A DNA stretch of 64,000 nucleotides from Microbotryum violaceum (lineage: Eukaryota): the NCBI GenBank assembly GCA_001244265.2, contig CDLV01000014.1, positions 868,001-932,000 of the forward strand, given 5' to 3'. Positions within the stretch are counted from its first letter, which is position 1. Every line of letters begins with the position of its first letter. This document shows, in pieces, positions 36,938 through 49,301 of the stretch. The notes under the pieces were generated by a model. The model searched no databases, was not told where the DNA came from, and saw only the letters and a program-made list of their open reading frames with translations. The translations under genes were made by a program, and so were the position numbers.

Positions 36938-39900
36938 TCATCCCCTTCTCCTCCTGAGCGGAGCGATCTTCCTCTTATTCGGACTCTCGTCCCCGCCACT
37001 CCCAATACTGAACAAAGCCCCCGCACCACCCGCAGGACTTAACGGCGCATTCGAGGACACACCTACAGGGGCTGAAGGAGCACCAAAGGAGGTCCCTCCA
37101 CCACCTGCGGGGTTCGAAAGTCCACTTCCGAAGCCGTTCGAGGGTGTAGTCGGTGCAACACCGAACCCCGCGAATCCACCATTGCTATTCATCGGCGTCG
37201 AAGAAGGCGGTGCACTGAAGGTGAACGTCGAACTCGTTGTAGGTGTACCGGGGTTGGACGACGCACCGAACGTGAACGAAGGTATGGCGGAGGGAGCTCC
37301 AAAAGGCGCCCTCACGGCTGGTGCAGTCGGGGCACCGAACCCTGGCGCGGAAAGCGTTTGCGACATCGCTGCTCCACCCGCGGAGCCGAACATGTTGCCG
37401 TTCGTTGTCGAGGTGCCCGAGTTGCCGAACAGACCACCGGAGGAAATCGTCGACCCCGAGGGGGCCCCGAACGTGAACGCCGCCGGCGCAGCAGAAGCGG
37501 TGGGAGCAGACGGAGCTGCGGAAGACGTGGTTCCGAATGAGAAGGCCGTATTCACGAGACCCGCGGAAGGAGGTCCAGGCGAAGGCGAGGGTGAGAAACC
37601 ACCAAAGGGAGTCGATGTGGCCGCACCAACACCGCCAAACAGCGACGAGCTGCCCGCCGTGTTGGCCGCACTGCCGAAAGAAATGCTCGTCGGCTTTTGA
37701 CTCGTTGTCGCAGCCTGAGCGCCGAAGGAGAAGGGAGCGGCCGAAGTCGGGGCACTGGCGCCAAAGACGGGGGAACTGCCGAAAGGTGACGGCGACGATG
37801 CCCCAGCTGCGGGTTGTCCGAACCTGAACGGCGACGGCTTGGGGGCGGTGTTCGAGTCGGTTGCTCCCGTCTCGTCCTCCATTCCACTGTCTTCGTCACC
37901 ATCATCAATGCTGGGCATGACGACGACAGGAGGCATCAATGGAGCAGCTTCAAAGCCAGCGGATGGTGTCGGAGCTGTCGGAGCGACAGGCTTTTCCGTC
38001 GAGCCGGATTCGGGTTTCTTCTCGGCCGCAGCGGGCGGTTGCCCGAAGCTGAAGGAGGGAGCGGATGCAGTCGAGGCAGGGGCGGCGGCGGAGGAAGCAG
38101 CTGGTGCACCAAAGGTAAACGGCGCAGGGGCAGCTTGGGGCGTGTCTTCGGCCTTCTTGTCGCTCGTAGATGAAGAAGCAGTTGCAGCCGTAGGGGCAGG
38201 GGTGCCGAACGAGAACGAAGGTAGCGGGGCAGGTGCTGTGGGGGCCGAGGTCGAGCTTGTCGCCGAGGATGCGGGAGCCCCGAACGAGACAACAGGCTTA
38301 GCCGAAGGCGTATCCTTCTTCCGTTCAAAGGGAGTCAAGTTACGTCAGATCGGAATCTTCCAACGATTGGCCTGAACAGCCCGCTCACCTCTCCATCCTG
38401 CTTGGGTGCAGCACCGAAGACACCACTCGACGCGCCAAACGGACTTGCTGTCGACGAAGCACTCCCAAACATCGGCGGAGCAGCCTTAGCATTCTCCGCA
38501 CTGCTTTCCCCAATAATCACAGCAACGGGTTTTCCTAGTGCCGCAAAAGGATTCGCCACATTCGAAGTCGAAGGAGCAGGGGCAGGCGCCTGCTTCGCCT
38601 CCGCGGGTTTGTTGACGCCGAAGAAATCGGACGCCGAAGGGAGGGTCGGCAAGGGGGGTGCATCGACTTCGTTCCTCTTCGTTGGGGGCGCGGCCGAAAC
38701 GGTAGCGAAGAAGTCGGGAGGTTTGGTCGAAGAGGTCATCGAGGTGTCGCTGGAAAAAGTGGGGAGAGTAGGGGGTTTCGAGAAGAAATCGGAGGCCATC
38801 GAGGTCTTGGGTGCGGGAGGAGCGGTTGTGTTATCGTTCTTGGGTGCCGGAGGTGGAGCGAATGGAAACGGTGTTGGTGCAGCGTTAGGTTTGCTCGAGG
38901 CAGGTTCCGACGACGTAGGGGCAAGACGACCGAAGAGGCTGTTGGTCGAAGTAGCCGGTGCAGATACTGGCGCAGGTGCTGGTGTCGCCTTCGTCGTACT
39001 TGTCGATGCGGTGGAGGAAGCGGCCCCTCCAATGGGTCCAAAGGAGAAATTGGCAGGGAACTTCATCTCGGGCAACTTGATCTTGCCCAACTCGTTCTCA
39101 TCGACCGGAGGCAGATCCTCTTCCCTCGCCGAAAAGATCTTGGACGATGCGGTATGGGTCCGAGACGTGTGCGAACGACCGGGACGAAGGGAGGACGAGG
39201 TGTTGGCGGCTCGCTCGGCTTCAGTGATGGGCTTGTACGACAAAGCTGGAGCAGATTCCACGGGTGTCGGTTCCGGAGGCGGAGGAGAGGGACTCGCTTC
39301 CTTGACGGGGGAAGGTGATTTGACGGCGCGTCGTCGCGATGCGGCGGGTGGTGGTGACATGGGCACATCATCGGCCTGCATCGATTCCTCGGACGCAGCC
39401 TTCCTCGCCGACCGTCTCGTCACTCGAGCCGGTGTCGTCGACGCAGCAGCAGCTTTGCCTTTGCCCGTCCCGGCCCTCGGTTTCGCAGGTGTCGACGTCA
39501 TCGGTTTCGGTTCCTTCGCCGCCATCGAGCGCGTCTTGCGTCTTGCTACCGGCGCAGTCTCCTCATCCTCGATCGATTCCATCAGCATCTCATCCTCTTC
39601 CTCGCGCTTCAACCTCTCCTCCTCATCGCGACGCCTCCGACGCCTCTCGACGCGTTGTCGTTCTCTCTCCTCGTCCTCCAATCGTTCCTGCTCGCGTTCT
39701 TCCCGCTCTCGTTCGATTTGAGCGCGTCGTCGTTCTTCTCGTGCTCGGAGTTGCGCTTCCAATCCGACCCCACGGGTGGATTCGCGCGTGGCCGTGGTGA
39801 CGGGGGCACGACGACCGTACGGTGAGGCCGTCGCCAGAAGTGGAGTCGAGGCGCTTCGGCTGAGTAAGCTCGATGTCGAGGCTTGCGGTACCGGCACATT

Positions 39901-41551
39901 AATCGGCTGTACGGACGAAAGCAACGTCAGCGCAAATTGCGCGAAAGCTAGGGGACTGTTTGCATGGCTCACCTTGAAGATCGCGCGCTGCGCTTCACCC
40001 AAAGGTGTACGACCCATCCCCTCCAGTACTTCCAAAATCCTCTCAGCTTCATTCTTCGGCGGCGGTGCTTGGGTACTGCGTCGGGGCGCAGAAAATTGAT
40101 GAAAAGAACGCATCAGTCAACCAATACCTCGCCTAGAGCCGTCTTTGACAACTCACGCTTCTCGCTCCCTCTCCATCGCCTCCCTCGAAACCAGACCCTT
40201 TTCCGGATCCCAAACCATCTGCTTCTTCCTAGCCCTCTCGAAACCCGGATCGACACTAGCCCCCCATACACGGAAGCTGACCCTCCGACCGAAGCGGTCG
40301 GGAGATGAGGGTTGAGTGGTGACCCGACCCTCGCTCGAGGGGAATTGAGCGCACCAGAAAGAGCGACGTAGGATTTCTTATGGTTCAGCGACGACGACAC
40401 GGATCGACTCGTCGACAGGGCGCTAGGGGATGCTCCACGGGGTTTGGGGGAGGCGTAAGGGAAGAGCGAATGACCGGCGGCACTGACACCGGCGCCGTTC
40501 GTGCTCGCGCCAGCGATGGACGAGACCGATGCACTGCGAGCGATTGAAGGGGCACGTCGTGGGACCACGAAAGGGGACCTCGATTGCAATCCGAAAGTAT
40601 TCGAGGTGGGAGCTTTGACGACAGCGCTTGAACTGCCGGCGCGAGATCCGGCGCGCATGTCGGACGCGGCATCGTGCGAGTTGAAGTTGAAGGCCGACAT
40701 GGTCCCCGCGAGTTGGTTGCGCGTTGGGGAAGGGCTCCGACGGGAGTAGCCTGCACCGGCGTTGGAGGACGGTGCGGGTGAGCCTTGACGCGAGTAAGAT
40801 GTCGGCGCGAGGAACGAAGGCGCGCCGCCGTTGAGGTTCGAGGGCGGCATCGTCAGGGTCGAATGCGACGATCTCGGCAGACCGCTCGAGGCACAGGTCG
40901 AGGATGACGCCACGGGTACACTCGTAGACGCAGATGCGAGGGTCGACAAGGCCGAGAGCGAGGACGACGACGGCCAAGGTCGGCCGAGTTCGGAGAGATG
41001 GACGCTCGTCTTGCTCCTCGACATGCCTCCTCCTCCTCCCGCTCCTCCCGCTGCAGCCCCAGGGGCGACCGACCGCTGAGCACCGGATCGTGTCCTGGAA
41101 GCGATCGTGTTTTTGGGTGATTGCGACGACCGTTGTTCCTTTTCGACAGCGCGTCGGACATCCTGCAGCGAGGCCGAGCTGGAGAGGGTCGCGGCCGAGT
41201 TGCTGCGATGGAAGATGTAGCCGAGCGCGCGACCGGGAATGCTCTTGATGCCCGAAAAGAGGCCGCCTCGTTTCTGTGTCTGGCCTTGGGCTTGGGTGGG
41301 GCTACGGAAGTGGATGATGATGATGGTGGTGGTGGTGGGTGTCGCCTGCGTTGGATCGGCGAATCGAACGAGGCATCGAAACTGGCATCGTCGTCATGGT
41401 CGTCGTGGTGGGTCGCCGTCGTCCTGCGCGCTGGGTAGGCATACGGAGAGTAACCTGGGCCGGACTTGCCCCCGACCGAACCAAGAGCGCGACCCGATCG
41501 AGTCGTGATGGGGAAGGTGCGGCGATCAGTGTTGCCGAGTTCGAGGTCGAG

Positions 41552-41584
<33 letters not shown>

Positions 41585-41699
41585 GTTGCGCGTGGTCGTC
41601 GCGCGGCGGTGGTGGTGGTCCTGACCGCACCTACATGCGACTGGGACGCTGCGGGTGTGCCGTGGTCGTCGCGGGGTACTCGACCCTCGAGGAGCTCAT
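36938..41699 (-). CDS. FG-repeat nuclear basket nucleoporin (Nup1/Nup124/Nup153-like)
   Basis: Many FxFG repeats in the C-terminal region, a basic C-terminus (KRKIAPLRRRRG) and NEAERILEVLEGM.TPL. The frame is continuous from ATG 41699 if three homopolymer deletions are corrected. Confidence 0.8.
41553..41582. repeat. (CAG)10 microsatellite encoding poly-Ala in the nucleoporin
   Basis: Directly visible. Confidence 0.9.
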
Positions 41700-43487
41700 A
41701 GTCCGCAGTCGGGCGAACGGAGGGGGTGGAGCGTGGTCGGGGTCGGAGTCGGAGTCGGAGGCGAGGTCGAGGCGAGGTCGAGGCGAGGTGAGCGTGAGTG
41801 GAGCGAAGGAGAGGAGCACGGAGCACGGAGTCGGCCTGGGAGAAAAAACGCCGGCCAAGCTGGGCCAAGCGCTACTAGTGCTCAAGCGCTCAGATGGTCG
41901 CTCCGTCTGAAGCACGTTTGAAGTTTGTTGAGTTTGTTGAGCTTTCTTGGGCACCGCTAACACGCCAGAATTGAATCGGTCAACTTTGCGAACAAGGCTA
42001 CGGCTAACACTACTAGTAGCATCTGCCCCGTCACGCGTCACGCCGGTGCTCTTGCACGCGCTCATCGATGCATACATTCTGAGCACTCAAGGACATTTCC
42101 CAGTATCTCTAACTTCCCCCCCCCCCCCCAACCGGACCATTCCCGTCAAGTTCGAGCCGAGCCTTGAACCGAGCCTTGACCGGTGATGCCCCCACCCAAG
42201 CTACGTGGCGGCTTCTTCCTCCCCTCGTACCACCCGAGAATACAAGATGTGCTGCACAAGTCACCACCTCTGCCCGCTGGACGACCCAATAAACCAAACT
42301 CGGTCGATGATTCAACCCCGAAAGCGGCTCTCAACGCTGTCCCTAAAGCTTCACCGACTCTAGCTTCGTCATCTTCCTCCACAGCGTCCCATGGCACTTT
42401 CAATCAGGTGTGTGTTAGTCGGTAAATATACCTCTCAACATGCTGACATACTGTATGTAATCGACCAGAACACCTCGTGGAACTCATCCCACGCTCCCAA
42501 GCGATTGGACAAGAACTGGTTCACCGCCCACAAGGCCCGAGGGCGTTGCTGAGGGAGATCCTATCGTTGCTGAGGGAGATCCTATCGTCCCAAGGCGCTG
42601 CGAAACTGCCGTTCGTGTTCGTGTAGACTAGATCTAGTGAATAGGTGCATCTCCTTGCTCGACTGGGTTTCACCGGGGAGAATCGCTGACTGAAGCCCGT
42701 TCGTCGCTCGCCTTAGCAGCAAACCCATCCGAACGACACGTCCAGGCCAACCCCACAAGAGATGATCCGCCCTCAGCTGGTCGTCCGAATCGACCTCGAC
42801 GAGCGAACCGGCTGTCGTCATTCATCAGAAAAGACACCTCACCCGTCAGGGAAGCTAGACGACACGACAACATCTTGTATCTTTACCCGGATTGTCTTAA
42901 AATACCAACGCACGACGCCCACAGAATCGCCGGTGGAACATTCAAGGCCTGTCCGAGCCCTCCAAGTTTTTCGCCAGGACTGGTATTGCATCGAACCTGG
43001 ACCCGCTTACCCGGCTTCAGAAGTCCTAGAGATGACTGAATTCTCTTCGTAGAGACTACCTAAACAGCAGAGGCAGCTCCCTTGTAACGCCCGAAAAGAC
43101 TCACCCCAAGGCACCGGCTACGTGTACCTCGCGCCCCCGAGAGATCTTCGGAGCCCAGGGTCTCCGCTGCGAGTCGGGTCTGGAACGGTGGGCCTTATCC
43201 CCCGCGCCCCCGGTCGCGGCTCGTCCGGAACTCCGCACTGCTCCTCTTCGTCTTGGGCGTATCCATCCTTTGTTTCCCTCTCTTTCGAACGCATCAACCA
43301 GCCCCAGGCGTTCCCCCTCCCCGGTACGACCTCAAGCTCGATCTTTTCGATCGCCTACCAAGTTTTGTCTCAGGTCACCTCCCCGTCGCCTCTGGCCACC
43401 CTCAACACCGGTCCCTCTGCTCGCGTCGCGCCGCGGCCCCCCATCATCCCGGCTCTACCTCAACTTCCCGCAACGACGAATCAAAGT

Positions 43488-44781
43488 ATGGCCGGTCTCT
43501 CCCAACCTGTTTGTGGCAAGCTTTTGAGTCAAGCTGCGTTGGTTTCGTCGAGTCAGGTCGAGGCGGTGCTGGCGGCTTATTGTTATGCGTGAGTGAGGAC
43601 GATCCCGCCAGCCGGTGCCTCGGAGACGGTGAGCCGGTGGTGGCGCGATACCGGCTCTGGTAGTTTCGGCGTTTGATAATATCCGGGAATCAAAGTCGGA
43701 CTGTTCTTGTGGCATTGTGAGGTACAAGCTACTGACCCTCTTGTCGTCACCCGTCTTGAACGCAACCGCAGTAAATGGATCAACTGCGGTGGCAACCCAT
43801 CAACGGCCTCACGCAAGCTGCACCTCCTGACCCTCTACCTTCGAGCGGTGTAAGTCCTCTCCCCCCCCCCGGTCCCCCTCTGCCGTTATCCGACCCTTTA
43901 CAACCGACTAATAATTCACCTTCACCTCTTCTCGACAGCGATTCGAGTCACCTCTTACAAAAGCACTACGAAGCCTTCACCATCATCGCCTTCACCCTCA
44001 AGCACCACCCCTCCTCCCTGCTCGATTATTCGCTCACGCGCACGTGCGCCTCGTCCCAATCCGATCTGTCTTCTTCGGAGCTCAATCAAACGAATTCGAA
44101 TTCGAGCCCGAGTCAGGAGGCGTGGAGTTTGGCGTTGAAGAGACCGAAATCGATGTTTAGGAGAATGTATTCGGTGCCGTTGGGTGGGGGCGGGGGCGGG
44201 GGCGGATATCTGTTGACCGTCACGGGGAATGGTAGTCGTAGTCGCAGTGGCAATGGGGGTGCGAATAGTGATGGACAGATCAGTGGGGGTGCGAATGAAG
44301 CTGAGGGTGAATTGGTGATGAATGGTGCACAAAGACCTGGGTTCGGGAGAAGTATTAGTGAAGGATCCATGTCGGGCTTGAGTGCTCTTGGGGAGACTGC
44401 ACAAGATGGTGAGCAAGGGATGGGACGAGGAGCTGGGTTCGCAGGTGCGGATGAGGGTTCGAATGAGGACAGCTTGGAACAGATGAGGGAAAGGTTGAGG
44501 CTGAGAGCTGGCAGGGGAACTTCACAAGGCTTGGGGAGGGGGTTGTTAAGGTACGTCAACGCGGTCGCTTCTTTCGCTCGGGGGCCAAAAATCTTCCCTT
44601 TCTCGCGAGAGGCTGATCCTCCCTCTCTTCCTCCCTTCGCAGTGCCCCACCCATGTACGACGCCTCCGTTCTAGCGGATTACATCGAACGGAATAGGCAC
44701 ATGATGCCGACCCATCGTGCACCCGGTTGGGATGAGGAGGAGTTGCCAGGATGGACGCCGAGGCTCGCAGCGGCGCAGTAG
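43488..44781 (+). CDS. Hypothetical protein, 4 predicted exons
   Basis: MAGLSQ..LAAYCYA / KWINCGG..LHLLTLYLRAV / DSSHLLQKHYEAF.. / SAPPMYD..EEELPGW stop, joined by canonical GT..AG introns. Confidence 0.6.
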
Positions 44782-44957
44782 CAGGGAGAAATGAGATCTA
44801 GTGGTTTGTATTCGTCATGGATTGTGGGTTGAGTTTTTGTGTCTGTAATTCTTCCTGGAGGCGTTTGGTTTTCTGTACCATTGTGACACTCTGGATCCTC
44901 TCGCTCTGTCCCATCTTGCTCGTCCGTTGGAGACCTCGGATATCAGTTTCCGACACT

Positions 44958-46628
44958 TCATCTGCGATCCCTATACCGATCCCTCCCTTCATCCCTTCCA
45001 CTCTCCCTGTCCCTATTCCTATCCCTCCGCCCATCCCTCTCCCTTTCCGACCTCTTCGGACTGGAGCTCCGATCCCTTCGTCTCCCATTGCTTTCCGTGT
45101 ACCCCCTGTCCCTGTCCCTGTCCCTGTCCCTATCACTTCTTGAAGATGGGTACCTCGATGAAGAACCTCGTTCATCGTTGTAGTGCGATGAGGATCCTCT
45201 CTCCCTGTCCGTTTCCTTCTCCCGCGTTGGACCTCTTTCCCTGTCACGACCATCGTCCCTATATCGATCCCTCCTCGACGACGAAGATTCTTCGTATCGA
45301 CCGCTCTCCTTGTCCCGCGTGTCCCTGTCCTCATTCCTCGTGAGCGCCTCCCTGCTTGACACCTCCCTCGATGACGCACCTCCATTCTGACTCCCATTTG
45401 TCTGCCCATTCCCATTCCCCCAACTTCTCCCCGCGCTCGTACTCGTACCGGCCCCCTCCTGCTCAGCCCTAACCTTCTTCGCCAGCGGTACGAACTTCAT
45501 ATCTTCCCTCTTACTACTCTTCACCACCCCCTTGCCTTTACTCGCCTCCGTCGAGCCCAAAACATCCGCAATCGGTCTGGCCCCGATGCCCAACATCGCC
45601 GGACGGGATTTAGGCACGAACGCTTCGACGGGTCCGGAACGACCGGATCGACTGGCCGCTTGACCGGGTTTCCAACCCATTCCTCGGAGCATCGCGGCAC
45701 CAAACTCGCCGACGGGTACGCGGACGTAATCTTCTAGTGTAGACTGAGGAAGGGGAGTAGGATCCGTCAGTGGTGGAGAAGAAGGCACGATAGGGACCAA
45801 GTGGAGTATACGGACCTGGTCAGGTCGTGTCTCGAGGTCCCTCTTGAACGCGTCGGATTCGTCAATGGGGGCGTTCCTCGCATCCGCGGCAGAGTAGATA
45901 ACTTCGACGGAGGGTTGGGTTTCCCCGTTCCCTAGTCCTGAAGCGGACGAAATGAGTTCGTTCAACGCTCGTTGCTCTTCCGTTTGGGATGCTGCGGTAA
46001 CGGTGGTCGATGATGCCTCGGGGGAAGGTTCTCTTTCGACCAAAGTCATCGTCGCCGTCGTCGTCGTTGTGGCCCGCGGTGTAAGTTTGGACAAGCCCGC
46101 GACGACGGGCTTCGAATTGATCTGATCGGCATCTACGTCCATCGCCTCACCATTCGAGGTGGAAGGGGCGACCGCATCCGAATTGAGCCTCATCCCAGCT
46201 ACAGCCTCGGGGATGTAGCGCGCCTTGTTCTTCTTCTTCTTGATCAGTTCCGCGGCCTCGCGCCAGTCCTTGTTGGGCAACGCGGCGATGACGAGGGGCG
46301 AAGAAGTGCTTTGACGGGGGTTCTTTCTGGACGAGAAGAAGGATGTGGATTCGTTAGATGGGGAGAAAGGGGACTTTGGGGGGATGGGGATTGTTACGGA
46401 CTGTGTGGCTCCGTTGCGGTCGAATGCGGTGACGAGTTCGTCCTTGGCTTTGCGAGTGGATGCACGTTGGGTCAAGGCATCGTCGGCGTCGTCGGCGTCA
46501 TCATCCTCGTCGTCGAGATGGTATGGCCGCTGTTGCCGTCGTTGCTGAGGTGCTGGCTGACTTGGCCCGGTGTTGGCTGAGGAGGGTCGCGGGGGTGCTC
46601 GGATTTTGAATGAGATGGATGAGGACAT
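44958..46628 (-). CDS. SPP2: Spp2/MOS2/GPKOW-type G-patch splicing factor
   Basis: LVIAALPNKDWRE and DYVRVPVGEFGAAMLRGMGWKPG..RPAMLGIGA, followed by an RD/RS-rich tail. Confidence 0.8.
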   Translation of the reverse strand: MSSSISFKIRAPPRPSSANTGPSQPAPQQRRQQRPYHLDDEDDDADDADDALTQRASTRKAKDELVTAFDRNGATQSVTIPIPPKSPFSPSNESTSFFSSRKNPRQSTSSPLVIAALPNKDWREAAELIKKKKNKARYIPEAVAGMRLNSDAVAPSTSNGEAMDVDADQINSKPVVAGLSKLTPRATTTTTATMTLVEREPSPEASSTTVTAASQTEEQRALNELISSASGLGNGETQPSVEVIYSAADARNAPIDESDAFKRDLETRPDQVRILHLVPIVPSSPPLTDPTPLPQSTLEDYVRVPVGEFGAAMLRGMGWKPGQAASRSGRSGPVEAFVPKSRPAMLGIGARPIADVLGSTEASKGKGVVKSSKREDMKFVPLAKKVRAEQEGAGTSTSAGRSWGNGNGQTNGSQNGGASSREVSSREALTRNEDRDTRDKESGRYEESSSSRRDRYRDDGRDRERGPTREKETDRERGSSSHYNDERGSSSRYPSSRSDRDRDRDRDRGYTESNGRRRDRSSSPKRSERERDGRRDRNRDRESGRDEGRDRYRDRR

Positions 46629-47063
46629 GATGTTTTTCTTTTCTTTTCGTGCGTTGCCCTGCTCCTCAGTCCAGCTGGTGAGGGGGTTACACTGAACGGG
46701 CAAGGGGAAGAGAGTGACTCGGGAGGAGTGAGGACGGGCGCGAGGTGTTGGTCAAGTCGGGCGACATTTGAGCTCGGACCTCTTGCTCGTTTGCTTCCTC
46801 CCGTCTGGGCCTGGGCTCAGCTCGCCGCGGTCACTTCCCGTCTGACTCGGACTTCTGACCTTTCCCCTCGCCCATCTCGTCTAGCCGCATCTCACCGGAC
46901 AGCCTATCACCTCCAGTAGCTCACAACTAACCCCTCGCGTGCGATCAGCCACCCGCCTCGCCCCCCCAGTCCCCCCAGTCAAGGCACCAAGGCCATCGTC
47001 ATCGCCGTCGTCCAGCAAGCACCCGTCGCTGCGAAGCCCGCCTCTGCCGCTCTCGTCTCGACC

Positions 47064-48911
47064 ATGTCCGATTCCGATTCTGAATCCGTTTCGGGCTCAG
47101 GCCCTGGGTCCGCTTCGGGGGCATCCTCGTCCTCATCTCGTGCATCATCACCTCAAGTCACTCGGGCCACCTCGAGCTCGTCCACGAAACCCATCGCGCA
47201 AGATGCCGTGACCACCAGTCCGGAGCCGGCGACGGCCAAGTCCGCGACTCCGACACCGTCGTTCGCGGACCTGGGCATCATCGAACCGCTCTGTGCGGCC
47301 TGCGCGTCCCTCAACTTCACTTGCCCAACCGAGATCCAACGCGAATGCATCCCCTACGGTCTTCAAGGCAAGGATATCATTGGGCTCGCTCAGACCGGTT
47401 CGGGAAAGACCGCCGCGTTCGCCTTGCCCATCTTGCAGGCGCTGTGGGATCAGCCCCAGGGCTTGTTCGCTTGTGTGTTGGCACCAACCAGGTGAGTGGG
47501 CACAGAGCAAGATTTTGCTAGTGTGCGTTCCCACATCCTGACCCGATCTTTACCCTTCTAACCCCAGGGAACTGGCGTACCAGATCGCCGAACAATTCCT
47601 CGCGCTCGGATCCGGCATCGGCGTCAGGGTCGCGACCATCGTCGGTGGCATCGACACCATGTCCCAACAAGTCGCCCTGGCCAAGAAACCCCACATCATC
47701 GTCGCCACACCGGGAAGGCTGCAGGACCATCTCGAGAACACCAAGGGCTTTTCGTTGAGGACTTTGAAATACCTGGTGCGCTAGCGGGTGCGGCGGGTAA
47801 ACTTTGACAGATTGTTGGCAGCGGGAACTTAGCTAGCTCGAACCCCATCGCGCAGGTCATGGATGAAGCCGATCGGCTGTTGGATTTGGATTTCGGTCCC
47901 GTTATTGACAAGATCCTCAAACTGATCCCGAGGGAAGAACGCCATACGTACCTCTTCTCGGCGACGATGACGACCAAAGTCGCCAAATTGCAGCGCGCTT
48001 CGTTGCGCGATCCGGTCAAGTTGGAGGTTTCGTCAAAGTGAGCCGAGCTCGGTGTCTTTTGACGTTGTCATTCCGGTAGAACTGACGCAGAGTCACTTGT
48101 TGTGTGTAGATACCAAACCGTCTCGACGCTCCTGCAGTACTATCTCCTCGTTCCGATGAAGCACAAGGACCTGCACCTCGTCCATCTCGCGCACATCCTC
48201 TCGGGCAACACCATCATCATCTTCGTACGCACCGTGCTCGACGCCCAACGCCTCTCCATCATCCTCCGTCTCCTCTCCTTCCCCGCCGTACCCTTGCACG
48301 GTCAGCTGTCCCAATCCGCTCGATTGGGCGCCTTGAACAAATTCAAATCCGGTTCGCGATCGATCCTCGTCGCCACGGACGTCGCCTCGCGTGGTCTGGA
48401 CATCCCCGCCGTCGACTGTGTGATCAACTTTGATTTACCGACCCATTCGAAGGATTACATTCATCGCGTAGGTAGGACGGCCCGAGCGGGGAGGTCGGGC
48501 AAGTCGATCTCGTTGGTGACGCAATATGATGTCGAATTGTTTCAGAGGATCGAAGGTGCGCGGTTTTTCTTTCCTTTTCTGGCGAATGATGTATTCGTTC
48601 GGTTGGATCTGATGATATTTTCTCATTGTCTTCAACAAAAAGGCGTGATTGGTAAGAAAATGGACGAATACCCTCTCGGTGGGGGTGGGAAAGAACAAGT
48701 CATGCTCCTCGCCGAACGAGTAGGTGAGGCTTCCCGAGAGGCGGCGAGGGAGTTGAAGGAGAATGGAGCGAGTGGGGATGGGAGGAAGAGGGGGAAGAAG
48801 AGGGATAGAGGGGGCAAGGGGGATGAGAGGGATAGGGATGATGATGAGAGGGAGGCGGGGATGCCGAGGATGGGTGGGGGAGGGGGTAAGAAGTTAAAGG
48901 GGAGGAGGTAA
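47064..48911 (+). CDS. RRP3: DEAD-box rRNA helicase Rrp3/DDX47
   Basis: [68 protein letters not shown] and [13 protein letters not shown]. Confidence 0.93.
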
Positions 48912-49301
48912 GTGGTGTGGGGGCGGCGTGCTTTCTTTCGGTACACCCCTTTCGTTCTCGCTTTCGGAATGGGCCTGTAATGCCGACGAGCTGTTCAACA
49001 TCCAACCAGTGTTTTTGCGCACGGTTGGGAGAGAAGTATCTGCTGCGCATCCTAAACCCAGCCTCTTTGAAAACCAAGTATGAAAATCGAGAGCGTTTGC
49101 TGGTTACCATAAAATTATATTATAATGCTAAGATGTATTCTTTGCCGTCAAATGACTGCCTGTGGGTACTATAAACACGAAATCCGGCAAGCAAAAAGTA
49201 CTGCGGAGCCTGGGAAGGGTCGATGGTGATTGGGTTTTATAAAATTCAAAGCTTGTGGGTAGCACCTGAAGGGGAATGAAAAGGATGGACCCCCGTTAGG
49301 C

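Noticed and set aside
43083-43120. TGTAACGCCC as a possible LTR start
   Set aside because: No partner LTR, TSD, PBS or gag/pol sequence visible.
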